Position numbers and translations under genes: made by a program. The notes under the pieces are model-generated. The model saw nothing but the letters and a program-made list of their open reading frames with translations, was not told the DNA's origin and made no database searches. A stretch of 64,000 bases of DNA, from assembly GCA_000002435.2 (NCBI GenBank), contig CM018792.1; one strand, written 5' to 3'. This DNA is from Giardia intestinalis (Eukaryota). Position 1 is the first letter of the stretch. Each line of letters begins with the position of its first letter. Of this stretch, positions 48,803 to 58,900 are shown one piece after another.

Positions 48803-50887
48803 ATGTCTAGACGCCCTCCACAGCCTCTATCACAGCACTCATCGTGCATTAAGCTCGACCAAGATGCTAGTGTGTCAAAGACTATGGTATCCATGACACC
48901 ACTAACTGCCATGCTGAATAGAGTCTATAGTCAGAAGTGCGCCGTGCGTAACGTGTCGCGAGGTACAACAGGTCCGGAATCTAAGAAAAGCGCCTCTAAC
49001 TCGTCAGCAGTTGCCCCCACTCCTTCACTTGGCTCAAAGACAGTTACATCTGAGGACGTACTGAAAGCTATAGATCAACTCTCCATTACCTTCCAGGACA
49101 TAAAGAAATCATCGGATTTGACCGCAAAGTCAGTGTCCCAAACAAAGCCTCTTAGCTCCATAACGGCAAATGACCTGAACGCCCTTCCACAGTCTGGTCA
49201 GGCTGCTGCCGCAGTAGACGTTACTCAGGAAAACGACTCTTCCACAAATCTGGACAATTTTGAATTCACTGGAAAAACAATGCAGGAGAAGGTTGCTGAG
49301 CTTAGAGCTAAGCCGGAGATTTTGAAGAAGATAATAGCAGACTGCAACAACGAAAAGGCAAAGGCAGTGCTAGCCAAGAGAACAAAAAACTTGGAGGACA
49401 GAATAGCACACAGAGCTTTTCTCTCTCGCATGGAGCAGGGGACGGTTCCACAGAGCAATCCCCGCTGTTACACAGATTCACTTCAACACAGGCATTTGTT
49501 TACGCCCTATGCTGCGAGTTATAAGACTACGGGAGATAGAGTTACAACCTCTGGTAACATACCGACCGAATTATCAGCCTCTCTAAACCAAAAGATTCGT
49601 ACTTGCCTCGCTAGTTCCACTCCAAAAGCTGCGGGTGCCTCTGGCTCCGCTCTCGAAATAGGATCCTATCAAGATACGCAGCTTTTCTCGACGGCAGTAC
49701 CTCCGCTTATTCCAGACATTGTGAAGCATAATCGGCTTCTTTCACGCACAGACTACTATACACCAGAAGTGGCAGCTCTCCGGAATGAATACAGAGGCTT
49801 ACGGGAAAATATTAAGATGGAGATGGTACTAAACAACTACGACGCAGTCACCATGAAAGAATATGAAAGGAGCTCTTCAGCATATCGCAACAAGCTACAA
49901 AATGCACCTGGAATTATTCTGCCTCAGACATTCATTATTCAACGCAACAAACTATGCCCCCTAATTTACCTAGCTGCTCGATTTGCGGCTCTCTTCGAAG
50001 TTTCGAAGCTCTACTCAGAAATCAATCTCAATAATGCATTGATGAGCAAGGCTGCGATCACTATTCAGTATGTGTTCCGCGCCTATGCCGCTCGCAGGAA
50101 CCTCGAGCGCATGCGCCAAGCGGCCACCACCATTCAGTTGGCATCGCTCCGCTTTCTCAATAGCCTTCGGCTACAGCGCCGTAGGGCATCGCTGCTTGTT
50201 ATTAAGCGATACCTCATGGATACATACAGACAAAATACATGGATGGCTGCGACGTATATGCACTATCATGGAGCCGCCACGATTGTGCAGTGGCTGCGCT
50301 TTCATTTGAAAAGAAAGAATGCTCGCTTGGAGTATATCCGGGCCTCTCTGCGCCTCTATGATTGGATCGTGACGAAGGAGCTCCTAGGCCAGAAAAAAGT
50401 CAAGGCGGCAGAGGCATTCATGCGTGCTGAGTCAAAGAAGAAGACAAAGCGGGACCCAACCACAGGGAAGAAGATCCTCCCTGTTGCCCCTAGCACTGCT
50501 GTCAATGATGAGGAGATAGGTGTAGCAGTGTTCCAGCCAGATATAATTAATATGCTCAGTAGAATACTATACAATCATATCGCACGTGTGAATGCAGGCC
50601 AACTCGATAAGATACACGAATACATATTGGGCCCTTGCAGAGGCTACTGTGGGGCCTGCATGTCCTTCATCCCCGGGGAAGAGTGCCTTTTAGAGGTAAT
50701 CCGCTGTGCCAAGGGCATTCACGGGACAGAGGGAAGCACCATGGGCGATCTCCAAGCTGCGATCAATGGTTTGCTTTTGGACAATCCACAGTACGTTGAA
50801 AAGGTCGTACTAGACGAGAACTTCGGACACGTGAAGGTCAGCATAGTCAATGGAGCTATTGTGGAGGTGAATGAAGACGAAGAATAA
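48803..50887 (+). CDS. IQ-motif-containing protein, hypothetical
   Basis: ATG confirmed. Several IQ-like calmodulin-binding motifs are present: AAITIQYVFRAYAARRNL, AATTIQLASLRFLNSLRLQRRR and AATIVQWLRFHLKRKNARL. Confidence 0.6.
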   Translation: MSRRPPQPLSQHSSCIKLDQDASVSKTMVSMTPLTAMLNRVYSQKCAVRNVSRGTTGPESKKSASNSSAVAPTPSLGSKTVTSEDVLKAIDQLSITFQDIKKSSDLTAKSVSQTKPLSSITANDLNALPQSGQAAAAVDVTQENDSSTNLDNFEFTGKTMQEKVAELRAKPEILKKIIADCNNEKAKAVLAKRTKNLEDRIAHRAFLSRMEQGTVPQSNPRCYTDSLQHRHLFTPYAASYKTTGDRVTTSGNIPTELSASLNQKIRTCLASSTPKAAGASGSALEIGSYQDTQLFSTAVPPLIPDIVKHNRLLSRTDYYTPEVAALRNEYRGLRENIKMEMVLNNYDAVTMKEYERSSSAYRNKLQNAPGIILPQTFIIQRNKLCPLIYLAARFAALFEVSKLYSEINLNNALMSKAAITIQYVFRAYAARRNLERMRQAATTIQLASLRFLNSLRLQRRRASLLVIKRYLMDTYRQNTWMAATYMHYHGAATIVQWLRFHLKRKNARLEYIRASLRLYDWIVTKELLGQKKVKAAEAFMRAESKKKTKRDPTTGKKILPVAPSTAVNDEEIGVAVFQPDIINMLSRILYNHIARVNAGQLDKIHEYILGPCRGYCGACMSFIPGEECLLEVIRCAKGIHGTEGSTMGDLQAAINGLLLDNPQYVEKVVLDENFGHVKVSIVNGAIVEVNEDEE

Positions 50888-50897
50888 GCCTTTACAG

Positions 50898-53615
50898 TTA
50901 GTTCATGTAAATAGTGTCGCGCCCAACGTATGCACGGACAAGGAGGGCCAGGGCCCGCGATGCCCTGTCTGCCTTTTCAAAGACAACCACTCCGTGTTTC
51001 ATCATTTCCATGCGGAGCTCGTGGAACTTCCATCCTGAGTCGCAAACAAACACCCACGGCTTAGAGTACTCAGGGTTAGCATGAAGAGCAATGAAGCGCC
51101 TGCAGATGGAGTCCTCATCAGCGACGCAATTCTCCCCTATGAGGGCACCGACATTGCCTGCGGTGGTCTTGATGATGTGAGTCTCAGGAACGGCACTGAA
51201 GATCGCACAATCTACAGACAAGCTCTTGAGCAGGATCTCTGCTATCTCCTGGTACGCCCTATCAGGAATGGTTGGGGTCGTGTCTATGATGTCGCTTACA
51301 TCAACAACAGCGCCAATCTTGTACTTCTCGTAGATTGCTTTAATCGCCTCTTTGGTCTCTGAGTCATAAGTGGGAAGTCTAAAGTAGCTCCTGGACCTTT
51401 CATCGCATGGATCAATCGAGCGTGTGCTCAGCTCAAACAGATGGTCTGCAATGCAGCAACATTCGAAGCCTGCATTGGAAAGAGCGGTCACAGATACGTA
51501 TCCTTTCGCATCAAAGCCCTCGCGGAGCCTGTGGATTCTGGGCGCAATCCCAGAGGCCAGATAAATTACGTCGTCGAAACTATCAAATGAGTCACAGACC
51601 ACGGCACCAGCCATGTCCAGAAGCTCACTGAACATGCTGTAGTCACCTGCCAACGAGGCTGTGTGCCCTGCAGCGGCGCTGGATCCCTGCGGTGTGCGAC
51701 CAGATTTATATATGACGATAACCTTTCCGAGATCACGAGCTTGAGCAACCAACTTCATAAGACGAATGCCTTCGTTCATATTGAGGCCCTCCATGTAGAC
51801 ACCGATAACGCGGATTAAGCTCTTCTGGGCGTCTAGATCCTTAAGCTTGGCAAGGGCACGGGAATCAAGCGTATAACCTGCAGAAATCGCATTCCTCTCG
51901 TATGTGCTAGCAGAATCTTCCGTCAACAGCCATTCGATGAAGTCGGTTCCCGATAAGCAAAGCTGATTCCCAACAGATACGGACATGAGAGGACGAACCT
52001 TGTATGCCAAGTTCGACATTCTTGTTATCATGCTGGCACCAGACTGGCAAACCAGAGCAACATTGTTGTTTGGAGAGGCAATAGACCGGATTCTCACGTC
52101 CGAGGACTTGATGGTCAACTTCGACTTCGTCACCTCTAGATCACCCTGGTCATCAAATGCAATATTTGTCTGCAGATTTGTAAGAACATCATCAGAAGTA
52201 GACGACTTTGACTCAAGATAGAACTCGTTGGCTGAGGACTTTGCGGAACTGACAAAAATGGTGTTAACAAGATCCTGCCAGACAAACCCAAGCGTATTGG
52301 GGCCTGAAACAAGGGTGCGGTTGTAAGCAGCACCATAGGAATTCAGTTTCGTGCGTAAGCGTTCTTCTATCTCTTTTCCGTTGGCAGTCTCGGCAAATCC
52401 ACCGGACAAGACAAAGATGCTGTTACAGAGGTTACTGTCTATCAAATCGTTCATAACAAGCTCTGCAGCCTTTGCAGCGACGCCTACAACGGCCAAATCT
52501 ATAGCTTTACCTGCCCTAAATAACAGCAAGTCAGAAACAGTCTTGAAACACGGCCTGCCAAAGATTTCATCAGCAGTGGGGTGGATGCAGAAGACATCGA
52601 TTCCAGGGATCTCCATAAGCTTGCGCAACACGACAGTTGACGGATTTGTGAGACTCTTCGTCGATGCGCCGACGATGACAACGGATTGCGGAGCAAATAG
52701 GGAACCGACCTTGTAGAGAGGCTTGTGCGCACTATACACCGGGATGGCGTCCTCTGCTGTTGCGTATGCTTTGTAGCTAGGATTGGGCAAGATGCGAACA
52801 ACAGCATCAAGGGCGAGTAGATTGCCTGTCTCCCTCTCCACAACCGCAGGGTTGATCTCTATCTCACGTATGACATACTTCGTTGTCGCATTGTTTCTAC
52901 AATAGTGCCTCAGAAGTGCCTGCAAGATGCTCAATGGAGAAACCACCTGATCTATAGAGGAAATCAACCGCTTTGAGCCACGAACCTTGCCCAGTAGAAA
53001 TTGACTAACAGGCAAGCGCTCCAGAGCGGCCATAGCAGCAGTCGAGTTCGCTAGATTGATCCAACTCGGAAGAAAAATGGAAGAGTGTCCCTGGCGCATA
53101 ACCTTCTTGTAATATTCCACTCCAGTTCCTCCGAGACCGAAACAGACACAAGGCCCGAACCCGGTATCTTCAAAGGCAGAGATCAGAAGCTCGCCGTTCG
53201 ACATCCCACTGTCATAAAACTTCGCCATCTCGACGACAATGACACCCTCGAGGTTGTGGCCAGCGCTCTTGAGCTTGTTGACAAATGGTTCCAGGTCAGC
53301 CTCGATGTTCGAGCGGTCCTTGAAGAGCATGATCCCGCCGATGTCCGTCTTGTGGAGGCACCCGGGAATGTGGCACTTGATGACGTACTTCTGGTTGGGC
53401 TTCATGAAGGTCTTGATCTGGGAAGCCAGGGACGAATGCAGAGGGAAGTATCTGAACTCGGGAACCTTGATGCCGATTAGCTCGAAGAGCTCATACGCCT
53501 CGTACTCATAGAGGAGCCCGTCAGGGCGCGAGGAAGCCTGTTCAAAGATGCTTGCTATCTCAGCCTCATGCCTCAGGGCAAAGTAGTCCTCGTGATGGAA
53601 ATCGGACGGGAGCAT
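50898..53615 (-). CDS. Acetyl-CoA synthetase (ADP-forming, NDP-forming acyl-CoA synthetase family), fused single chain
   Basis: ATG confirmed at 53613-53615. The ATP-grasp (beta-type) region lies at the N-terminus: EYEAYELFELIGIKVPEF...KYVIKCHIPGCLHKTDIGGIMLF. The CoA-binding Rossmann segment (SVVIVGASTKS) follows. The ligase-CoA segment carries the phospho-histidine loop GHTASLAG. The product has 905 aa. Confidence 0.8.
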   Translation of the reverse strand: MLPSDFHHEDYFALRHEAEIASIFEQASSRPDGLLYEYEAYELFELIGIKVPEFRYFPLHSSLASQIKTFMKPNQKYVIKCHIPGCLHKTDIGGIMLFKDRSNIEADLEPFVNKLKSAGHNLEGVIVVEMAKFYDSGMSNGELLISAFEDTGFGPCVCFGLGGTGVEYYKKVMRQGHSSIFLPSWINLANSTAAMAALERLPVSQFLLGKVRGSKRLISSIDQVVSPLSILQALLRHYCRNNATTKYVIREIEINPAVVERETGNLLALDAVVRILPNPSYKAYATAEDAIPVYSAHKPLYKVGSLFAPQSVVIVGASTKSLTNPSTVVLRKLMEIPGIDVFCIHPTADEIFGRPCFKTVSDLLLFRAGKAIDLAVVGVAAKAAELVMNDLIDSNLCNSIFVLSGGFAETANGKEIEERLRTKLNSYGAAYNRTLVSGPNTLGFVWQDLVNTIFVSSAKSSANEFYLESKSSTSDDVLTNLQTNIAFDDQGDLEVTKSKLTIKSSDVRIRSIASPNNNVALVCQSGASMITRMSNLAYKVRPLMSVSVGNQLCLSGTDFIEWLLTEDSASTYERNAISAGYTLDSRALAKLKDLDAQKSLIRVIGVYMEGLNMNEGIRLMKLVAQARDLGKVIVIYKSGRTPQGSSAAAGHTASLAGDYSMFSELLDMAGAVVCDSFDSFDDVIYLASGIAPRIHRLREGFDAKGYVSVTALSNAGFECCCIADHLFELSTRSIDPCDERSRSYFRLPTYDSETKEAIKAIYEKYKIGAVVDVSDIIDTTPTIPDRAYQEIAEILLKSLSVDCAIFSAVPETHIIKTTAGNVGALIGENCVADEDSICRRFIALHANPEYSKPWVFVCDSGWKFHELRMEMMKHGVVVFEKADRASRALALLVRAYVGRDTIYMN

Positions 53616-53766
53616 TTTTGTGGTAAGAGTGTGTTTTTAAGCAAAAAAATGTCATGTAAAGATTTTGGATACTAAATTTGGATCTAAATTGGAAAAGGGA
53701 TAATTTAAATTCACGTGCAACAAAGTTGAAACACTGGATTGCATCTGGTCCTAGCGCAACCTTGTA
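53616..53766. promoter_or_regulatory. AT-rich divergent intergenic region shared by the acetyl-CoA synthetase gene (minus) and the MutL gene (plus)
   Basis: A 151-bp A/T-rich gap (tttttaagcaaaaaaatgtcatgtaaagattttggatactaaatttggatctaaattggaaaagggataatttaaatt) sits between two confirmed ATGs. Confidence 0.45.
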
Positions 53767-55950
53767 ATGGTTATCTGCACAGAAAGTAAAGCGGAGGCAG
53801 GCAGGATCAGAAGCTTGTCGGCCGGCGATAGTCGGCTTATCTTGGCAACCCAGCAATTTCCAGATCCGTATAAGGTCGTTAGCGCATTACTTGAGAATTC
53901 CTTGGATGCAGGTGCCTCAGAAATTGCAATTGTCTTAGAGGGCATGGGGCTCAAGAGTATCACTGTCAATGATAATGGATGTGGACTGGACTTATCTACT
54001 CTCCAAGCACTCGGGAGCTGTAGGGTCACGACAGCTACTTCTCAGCCAGGCAGCTTGAACCGTAAGGGCGAGTCTATCTTCTTAATATCTGCCTTAAGTA
54101 CAGTCTTAGTCACCAGCTCATTGGGAGACGACCCCTATGAAAGAGTTGTTAGTGAAGATACAAGCAGCGCAAAGCACGCCACACGAGCAGGCAGGGGGAC
54201 CACTGTTGTTGTTCAAGATCTATATAGATCAATCCCTGTTCGTCAAAGATACTTCTCGACTCCGTCTCTTCGCAAGAAGCTGCTTCTGTCCATCACTGAT
54301 CTGATTCAGTCATATGCACTGGCTAACTATACGCTGGGTTTTCGACTAATTGTGGATGGAGCTGTGCACATTGATGTCTCTTCGGGATCCAAGAATTCCA
54401 TCCACGACCGCTACGTTGAGCTTTTCGGCAGAGATGTTCGATCTCTCGTTGGTTTCTTTTCATTTGAAACGCGTCTGGGCTATACTGTTAAGGCCAGTCT
54501 TGCGTGCCCAGATGCAGGCATTACTCCGCAAAGTAAGCTGGGACATGCCCGTAAGATCTTTCTTTCTACCAATGGAAGGCCCATACTTTGTCCCTCGTTG
54601 ATTGAGGCCCTTCAGCAAGTGTATGCACGGATCTCTGCAACCAACGTTCCGATTGGCGCGTTAAATCTCGTGCTTCCGTTGGGGACTTATGCACTGGCAC
54701 GGAGCACACCCTATGACACTCTTCAAATGCAAGGGCTGAGCGTATTTATCGATCTCTTATCAGAGGAGTATCTTGCATGGCTCCTGAGATATAACAAATC
54801 GACAATCACAAATGGGCATCTGGGACGCGACGTTACTAGCAAGAGTTTGATAGTCAGAGCAGCTAAAGAGAAGTCAGTTAATTCACCATGTCCTAAATCT
54901 AGCTTTGGAGTTAGATCTCAGCAACGAGATACTGTGCCAGATAATATTGTCATCAGTCGCGTATCGCACACTAAGGCGGCATCCTTCTTCCATACGCGGA
55001 AGCCTGAATTACGTCAAGCATATCATTCTGAGACAAACACCAATACCGAACCACCCCCTGGAGGCACACCTTCAGTGCTGGGAATCGTTGGCTTTTCAAA
55101 GCTACAAAGCTCACTCTCCAATCCAGGTCCATCTGATGCTTCGGATTCCATAAAAGTTGAAAGTCAATCATGTGACCCTGAAAGCAAGGTGAGGATTGGA
55201 CCAGTAAGAAGAAGAGGCTCGGCATCGGGATTCAGACAGCAAGACTTTAATAATCTAAAGTACATATGTCAATATAACCAATCGTTCCTAATAACTCAGC
55301 TTAACAACACCTTCTACCTGATCGACCAACACGCAGCTCATGAAGCCAAGCATTTTAGCGACTACTGGCATAACCCACACTGCTACTTATCGAGGCAGAA
55401 GACTATCACACCCCTGAAGCTAAGGCTTCGACCAGATGAAAAGCTGTGTCTTGAGGAGTTTCTCTCTAGTGCGATATTTGATATTATTGGATTTGAACTG
55501 TGCTTGTCAGAGAATTACGTGCTTATTTTTTCTTTCCCATCTCTTTTTGGGCAAACTCTTACGGAGGAGGACTTCAGAGAGTACCTTTTGTCACTGTATG
55601 GACACACCAGGGAACATGTTGAGAGCATCATATGCGCCAAGAGTACTGGATCAAAACCCAGGGAGAAATCACTTCTCTGCTTACTGCATAATAATATAGC
55701 TCCGCCCAGAATTAGAAAAATCTTCGCGTCAAAATCATGCAAGGCCTCCGTACGCCTCGGAGACCCGCTCTTAGACTCAACTGCCAAACGTATCATTGCA
55801 GATCTGGCCCGTTGCGAGAAGCCATTTAACTGTCCCCATGGAAGACCTGTATTACGATTCTTAGACCTTGCGCCACGAGCAGATTCTACCGATGAAGATC
55901 TGCCCCATGCAGAAGAATTACACAGTGATGTGATCAATAGCGAGGACTAA
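53767..55950 (+). CDS. MutL homologue of the PMS1/PMS2 (endonuclease-type) class
   Basis: ATG confirmed. The GHKL ATPase motifs LLENSLDAGASEIAIV and VNDNGCGL are present. The C-terminal region has DQHAAHE and the metal-binding CPHGRP motif (FNCPHGRPVLRF). Confidence 0.8.
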   Translation: MVICTESKAEAGRIRSLSAGDSRLILATQQFPDPYKVVSALLENSLDAGASEIAIVLEGMGLKSITVNDNGCGLDLSTLQALGSCRVTTATSQPGSLNRKGESIFLISALSTVLVTSSLGDDPYERVVSEDTSSAKHATRAGRGTTVVVQDLYRSIPVRQRYFSTPSLRKKLLLSITDLIQSYALANYTLGFRLIVDGAVHIDVSSGSKNSIHDRYVELFGRDVRSLVGFFSFETRLGYTVKASLACPDAGITPQSKLGHARKIFLSTNGRPILCPSLIEALQQVYARISATNVPIGALNLVLPLGTYALARSTPYDTLQMQGLSVFIDLLSEEYLAWLLRYNKSTITNGHLGRDVTSKSLIVRAAKEKSVNSPCPKSSFGVRSQQRDTVPDNIVISRVSHTKAASFFHTRKPELRQAYHSETNTNTEPPPGGTPSVLGIVGFSKLQSSLSNPGPSDASDSIKVESQSCDPESKVRIGPVRRRGSASGFRQQDFNNLKYICQYNQSFLITQLNNTFYLIDQHAAHEAKHFSDYWHNPHCYLSRQKTITPLKLRLRPDEKLCLEEFLSSAIFDIIGFELCLSENYVLIFSFPSLFGQTLTEEDFREYLLSLYGHTREHVESIICAKSTGSKPREKSLLCLLHNNIAPPRIRKIFASKSCKASVRLGDPLLDSTAKRIIADLARCEKPFNCPHGRPVLRFLDLAPRADSTDEDLPHAEELHSDVINSED

Positions 55951-58900
55951 GTCTGCACTATGTTATTGTACAGTCCGTCTGCCAAGTGCTCTACATTTGT
56001 GCTTAGAACCACTCTGGAAAACTCAGTGGACTCAATTACTAAAATGTCTGAAATGACTTTTTGAACAGAGTACCCATCGGGCAAAGAAACCATTACCCTT
56101 GCCTCGACAGCTTCGTCCCATATGAGAATATTAAGAAGGAAGCAAACCGTTGTGGGAAGCAGTGGAACACATGCGGTGCACAAACGATCTAAGGTTATGC
56201 CAGGACAAAGTGAAATGAGAGATATTATTTGGCGAAGAGATAGCTCCGCTTCGTATCTATTACCATCAGCATAATCTATAGAGCAGTTTGCAGGGCTGAT
56301 GGCAGAAAACTCCGTCGCAAACTGCTCATAGCTGGAACTTGCTAAGAAGGTCTCGAGAGGAACAAACACCGTTTCAGTTATTAGTCGTCTAGGGACGAAG
56401 AAACCGCTGCCTAGTAAAATATCTTTACTCTCTGGGCAGTTGAAAAGCGTCAGGCTTAAGTTAGTATCATTATACTTCTGCAGCAATATGTCTATGCCTT
56501 GTTTTTGTGTAGAATTACAATCTTCAGTCAAATTGACTAAGGGACAGACAAGCTCCAACCCAATCTCTTGGAAGCCCTGGATTGCGTCACCTATCATTGC
56601 GCTCACAGCGTCGTCCATGCCAGCATACGTCTCAAGGATATCTTCTACGGGGTTGAATGATGTATCTTCCTCACCAAATTCCAGATCAATTATAGAGCAG
56701 GGATCGATAATCCTGAGCTCTTCTATCGTGCTCCCTGATAGGCGGTACCGCTGACGATGTAGTCCAAACAGAATAGAAGGTAGGAGGAGAAAGGCATGGT
56801 GTACAGTCATTGTACCCATATCGATATTACTGAGGTAGCTATTTCGGCTATCGGCAGATATTAGGCTAGGCTTCTGTAGTGTTTTGGAAACTGAGTACCC
56901 CAAAGATCCGTATTCTTGTTGTCGAGCATACCCAGATGCCAACAGATATTGCAAAGAAAAGTCACTCATGCTATTACTAGCCATTGACTCAATGGCGCGA
57001 AGGGCGGCTCCATCGGCTGTAATGTTAACTTGAGATGGATTCCATAGCGTACATGCCATGAACATCCTGATTTCTCTGGCCCACTTGTGCTGCTGCAAGA
57101 TCACCTTGTTGCGAAAACTGCACACAATATCCCGCAACCTCTGACACGCTAATGCTTTCCCGTTACTGGTGTCGTTAAGGAGTACATTTGTAGAGTGTAT
57201 TATTGCATTGCACAAGTAAGGCAAGCACAAGAAGCTAATGAGACTTTGAATGGTGTCGCCGCTTCGTGATAGACTTTGTTTTTCAGTATAATCTGTTCTT
57301 CTTAGAAGAAGACGGTGTGTACTATAACATACTTTGAGAGCGCGCTGATCTGTGTTATATGTTATGATAGGGTTGGCATGGTGGAGCATATTGCACGATA
57401 AAATACACTGTATTAGAAGAGATATATGCTCCTCCGCATCTATCATGTGGGAACAATCATAACAGGTAGCTGGACTTGCAGACGATTGACGGGCGATATC
57501 GTTGCACAGCAAGAGAAAACCGGGCTGCCAAAGATCAAAGAATCTCTTGTCGTACACATATGTTATGCAATCAGGGTCAGCTGCTCCTTCAAAATCAAAT
57601 TCCACCTTAAGGGAATCTGAGTTTATGCAGTTGATAAGAATGTCTTTTTCAATCAGTAGCTTAGATTGTAATTTTTTAGACGGAGATTGGTTTATTTTAT
57701 TAGTCAATAAGTACAGCAGGTTGGCCACTCTGACCGTTTCAGATGGATCAGAAAGTTGCCTTTCTCGATAGGTGTTACGGACAATGGACGTAATTACATC
57801 TGAGAACTTTCCTAAGAGCAAGCTTCTCTCCTTAGCTGATGGAAGATCTATGAGGACATCTATCTCTGGGCTTACAAGAGAAAGCGCGGCCATTGAATAT
57901 ATCCGTCCGTACGTGATAAAATCCCTCTTTGTTGCGTTGGTTTTTATGTACTTTTCAATCACAGCTGTTAAGGTACAACTGGATTGTTCTTGCAATAAAG
58001 CTACCACGCCGTCCTCTTCACTGTTGGGCTTGCTAGAAGCATATCCTCTCATCCATGGTGATACTACACGAAATAGGGACATATAATGCATCATGCAGTG
58101 CTCCCAATATCGAAGTTCATCATCACTCAAGCTAATATATCGGCGTGATGCTCTGTATTGTGCTACCATCTCTGTGAGGTCCTCTACTGTCAACGCACGT
58201 ACTTGCTCCGTGGGATGGTTCTTGGGTTCTGATTCCTCGCATAGCAAGAGTGCAAATTCTTCACGAAGATGCAGCTCTTGTTTCTGCTTATGTCTTTGCC
58301 TTTGCAATGCAGGTGTGAGACGTGAAGAGCGAGCAGACCGCATTCGCTGGATGTCTCTGTTATACTTTTGAAAGATTGATGCTCCTGTAGCCTTCATTGC
58401 AGCAATTGATTCGGTGCTGAATGCCAATAGCCAAGGACTATTTGTAAACAAGGACATGGAGCAGTACTCGGTTCCCCTACTGTCAGTAGGCTGCATGTTA
58501 ATGGAGAGAGACGACGAATTACCCCCTCTGGGCCTCATGTTCAGTAGCACCTTATCAACCCAGTATGAAACTGGAGCAGAAGCTCGAGCCACAAGGGCCT
58601 GAGAAAGCTGAACCTTATGTACTTTATGCCTGGTATCTGGTACGCACTGAATGAGGATATTCTTATCTATGTCTTCGGGCTTCAAAGAAACACTGGGAAT
58701 GTAAACACAATGTTGAGGATTGTGGTCATTAGGTTCGGATTGGCTCAGGAAATCATAAAAGGCCAATGTGACGATCTTCATAGAGTGCAGAATAAAGTGC
58801 AAAGTGTTCCACTGGGAAGAGCGATAGTACTCAAAGGCTTTATCCAGCGAGCCATCAAAGTGAAGATCTAGGTACTTTAAAGGCAGATCGCTCACAGCTG

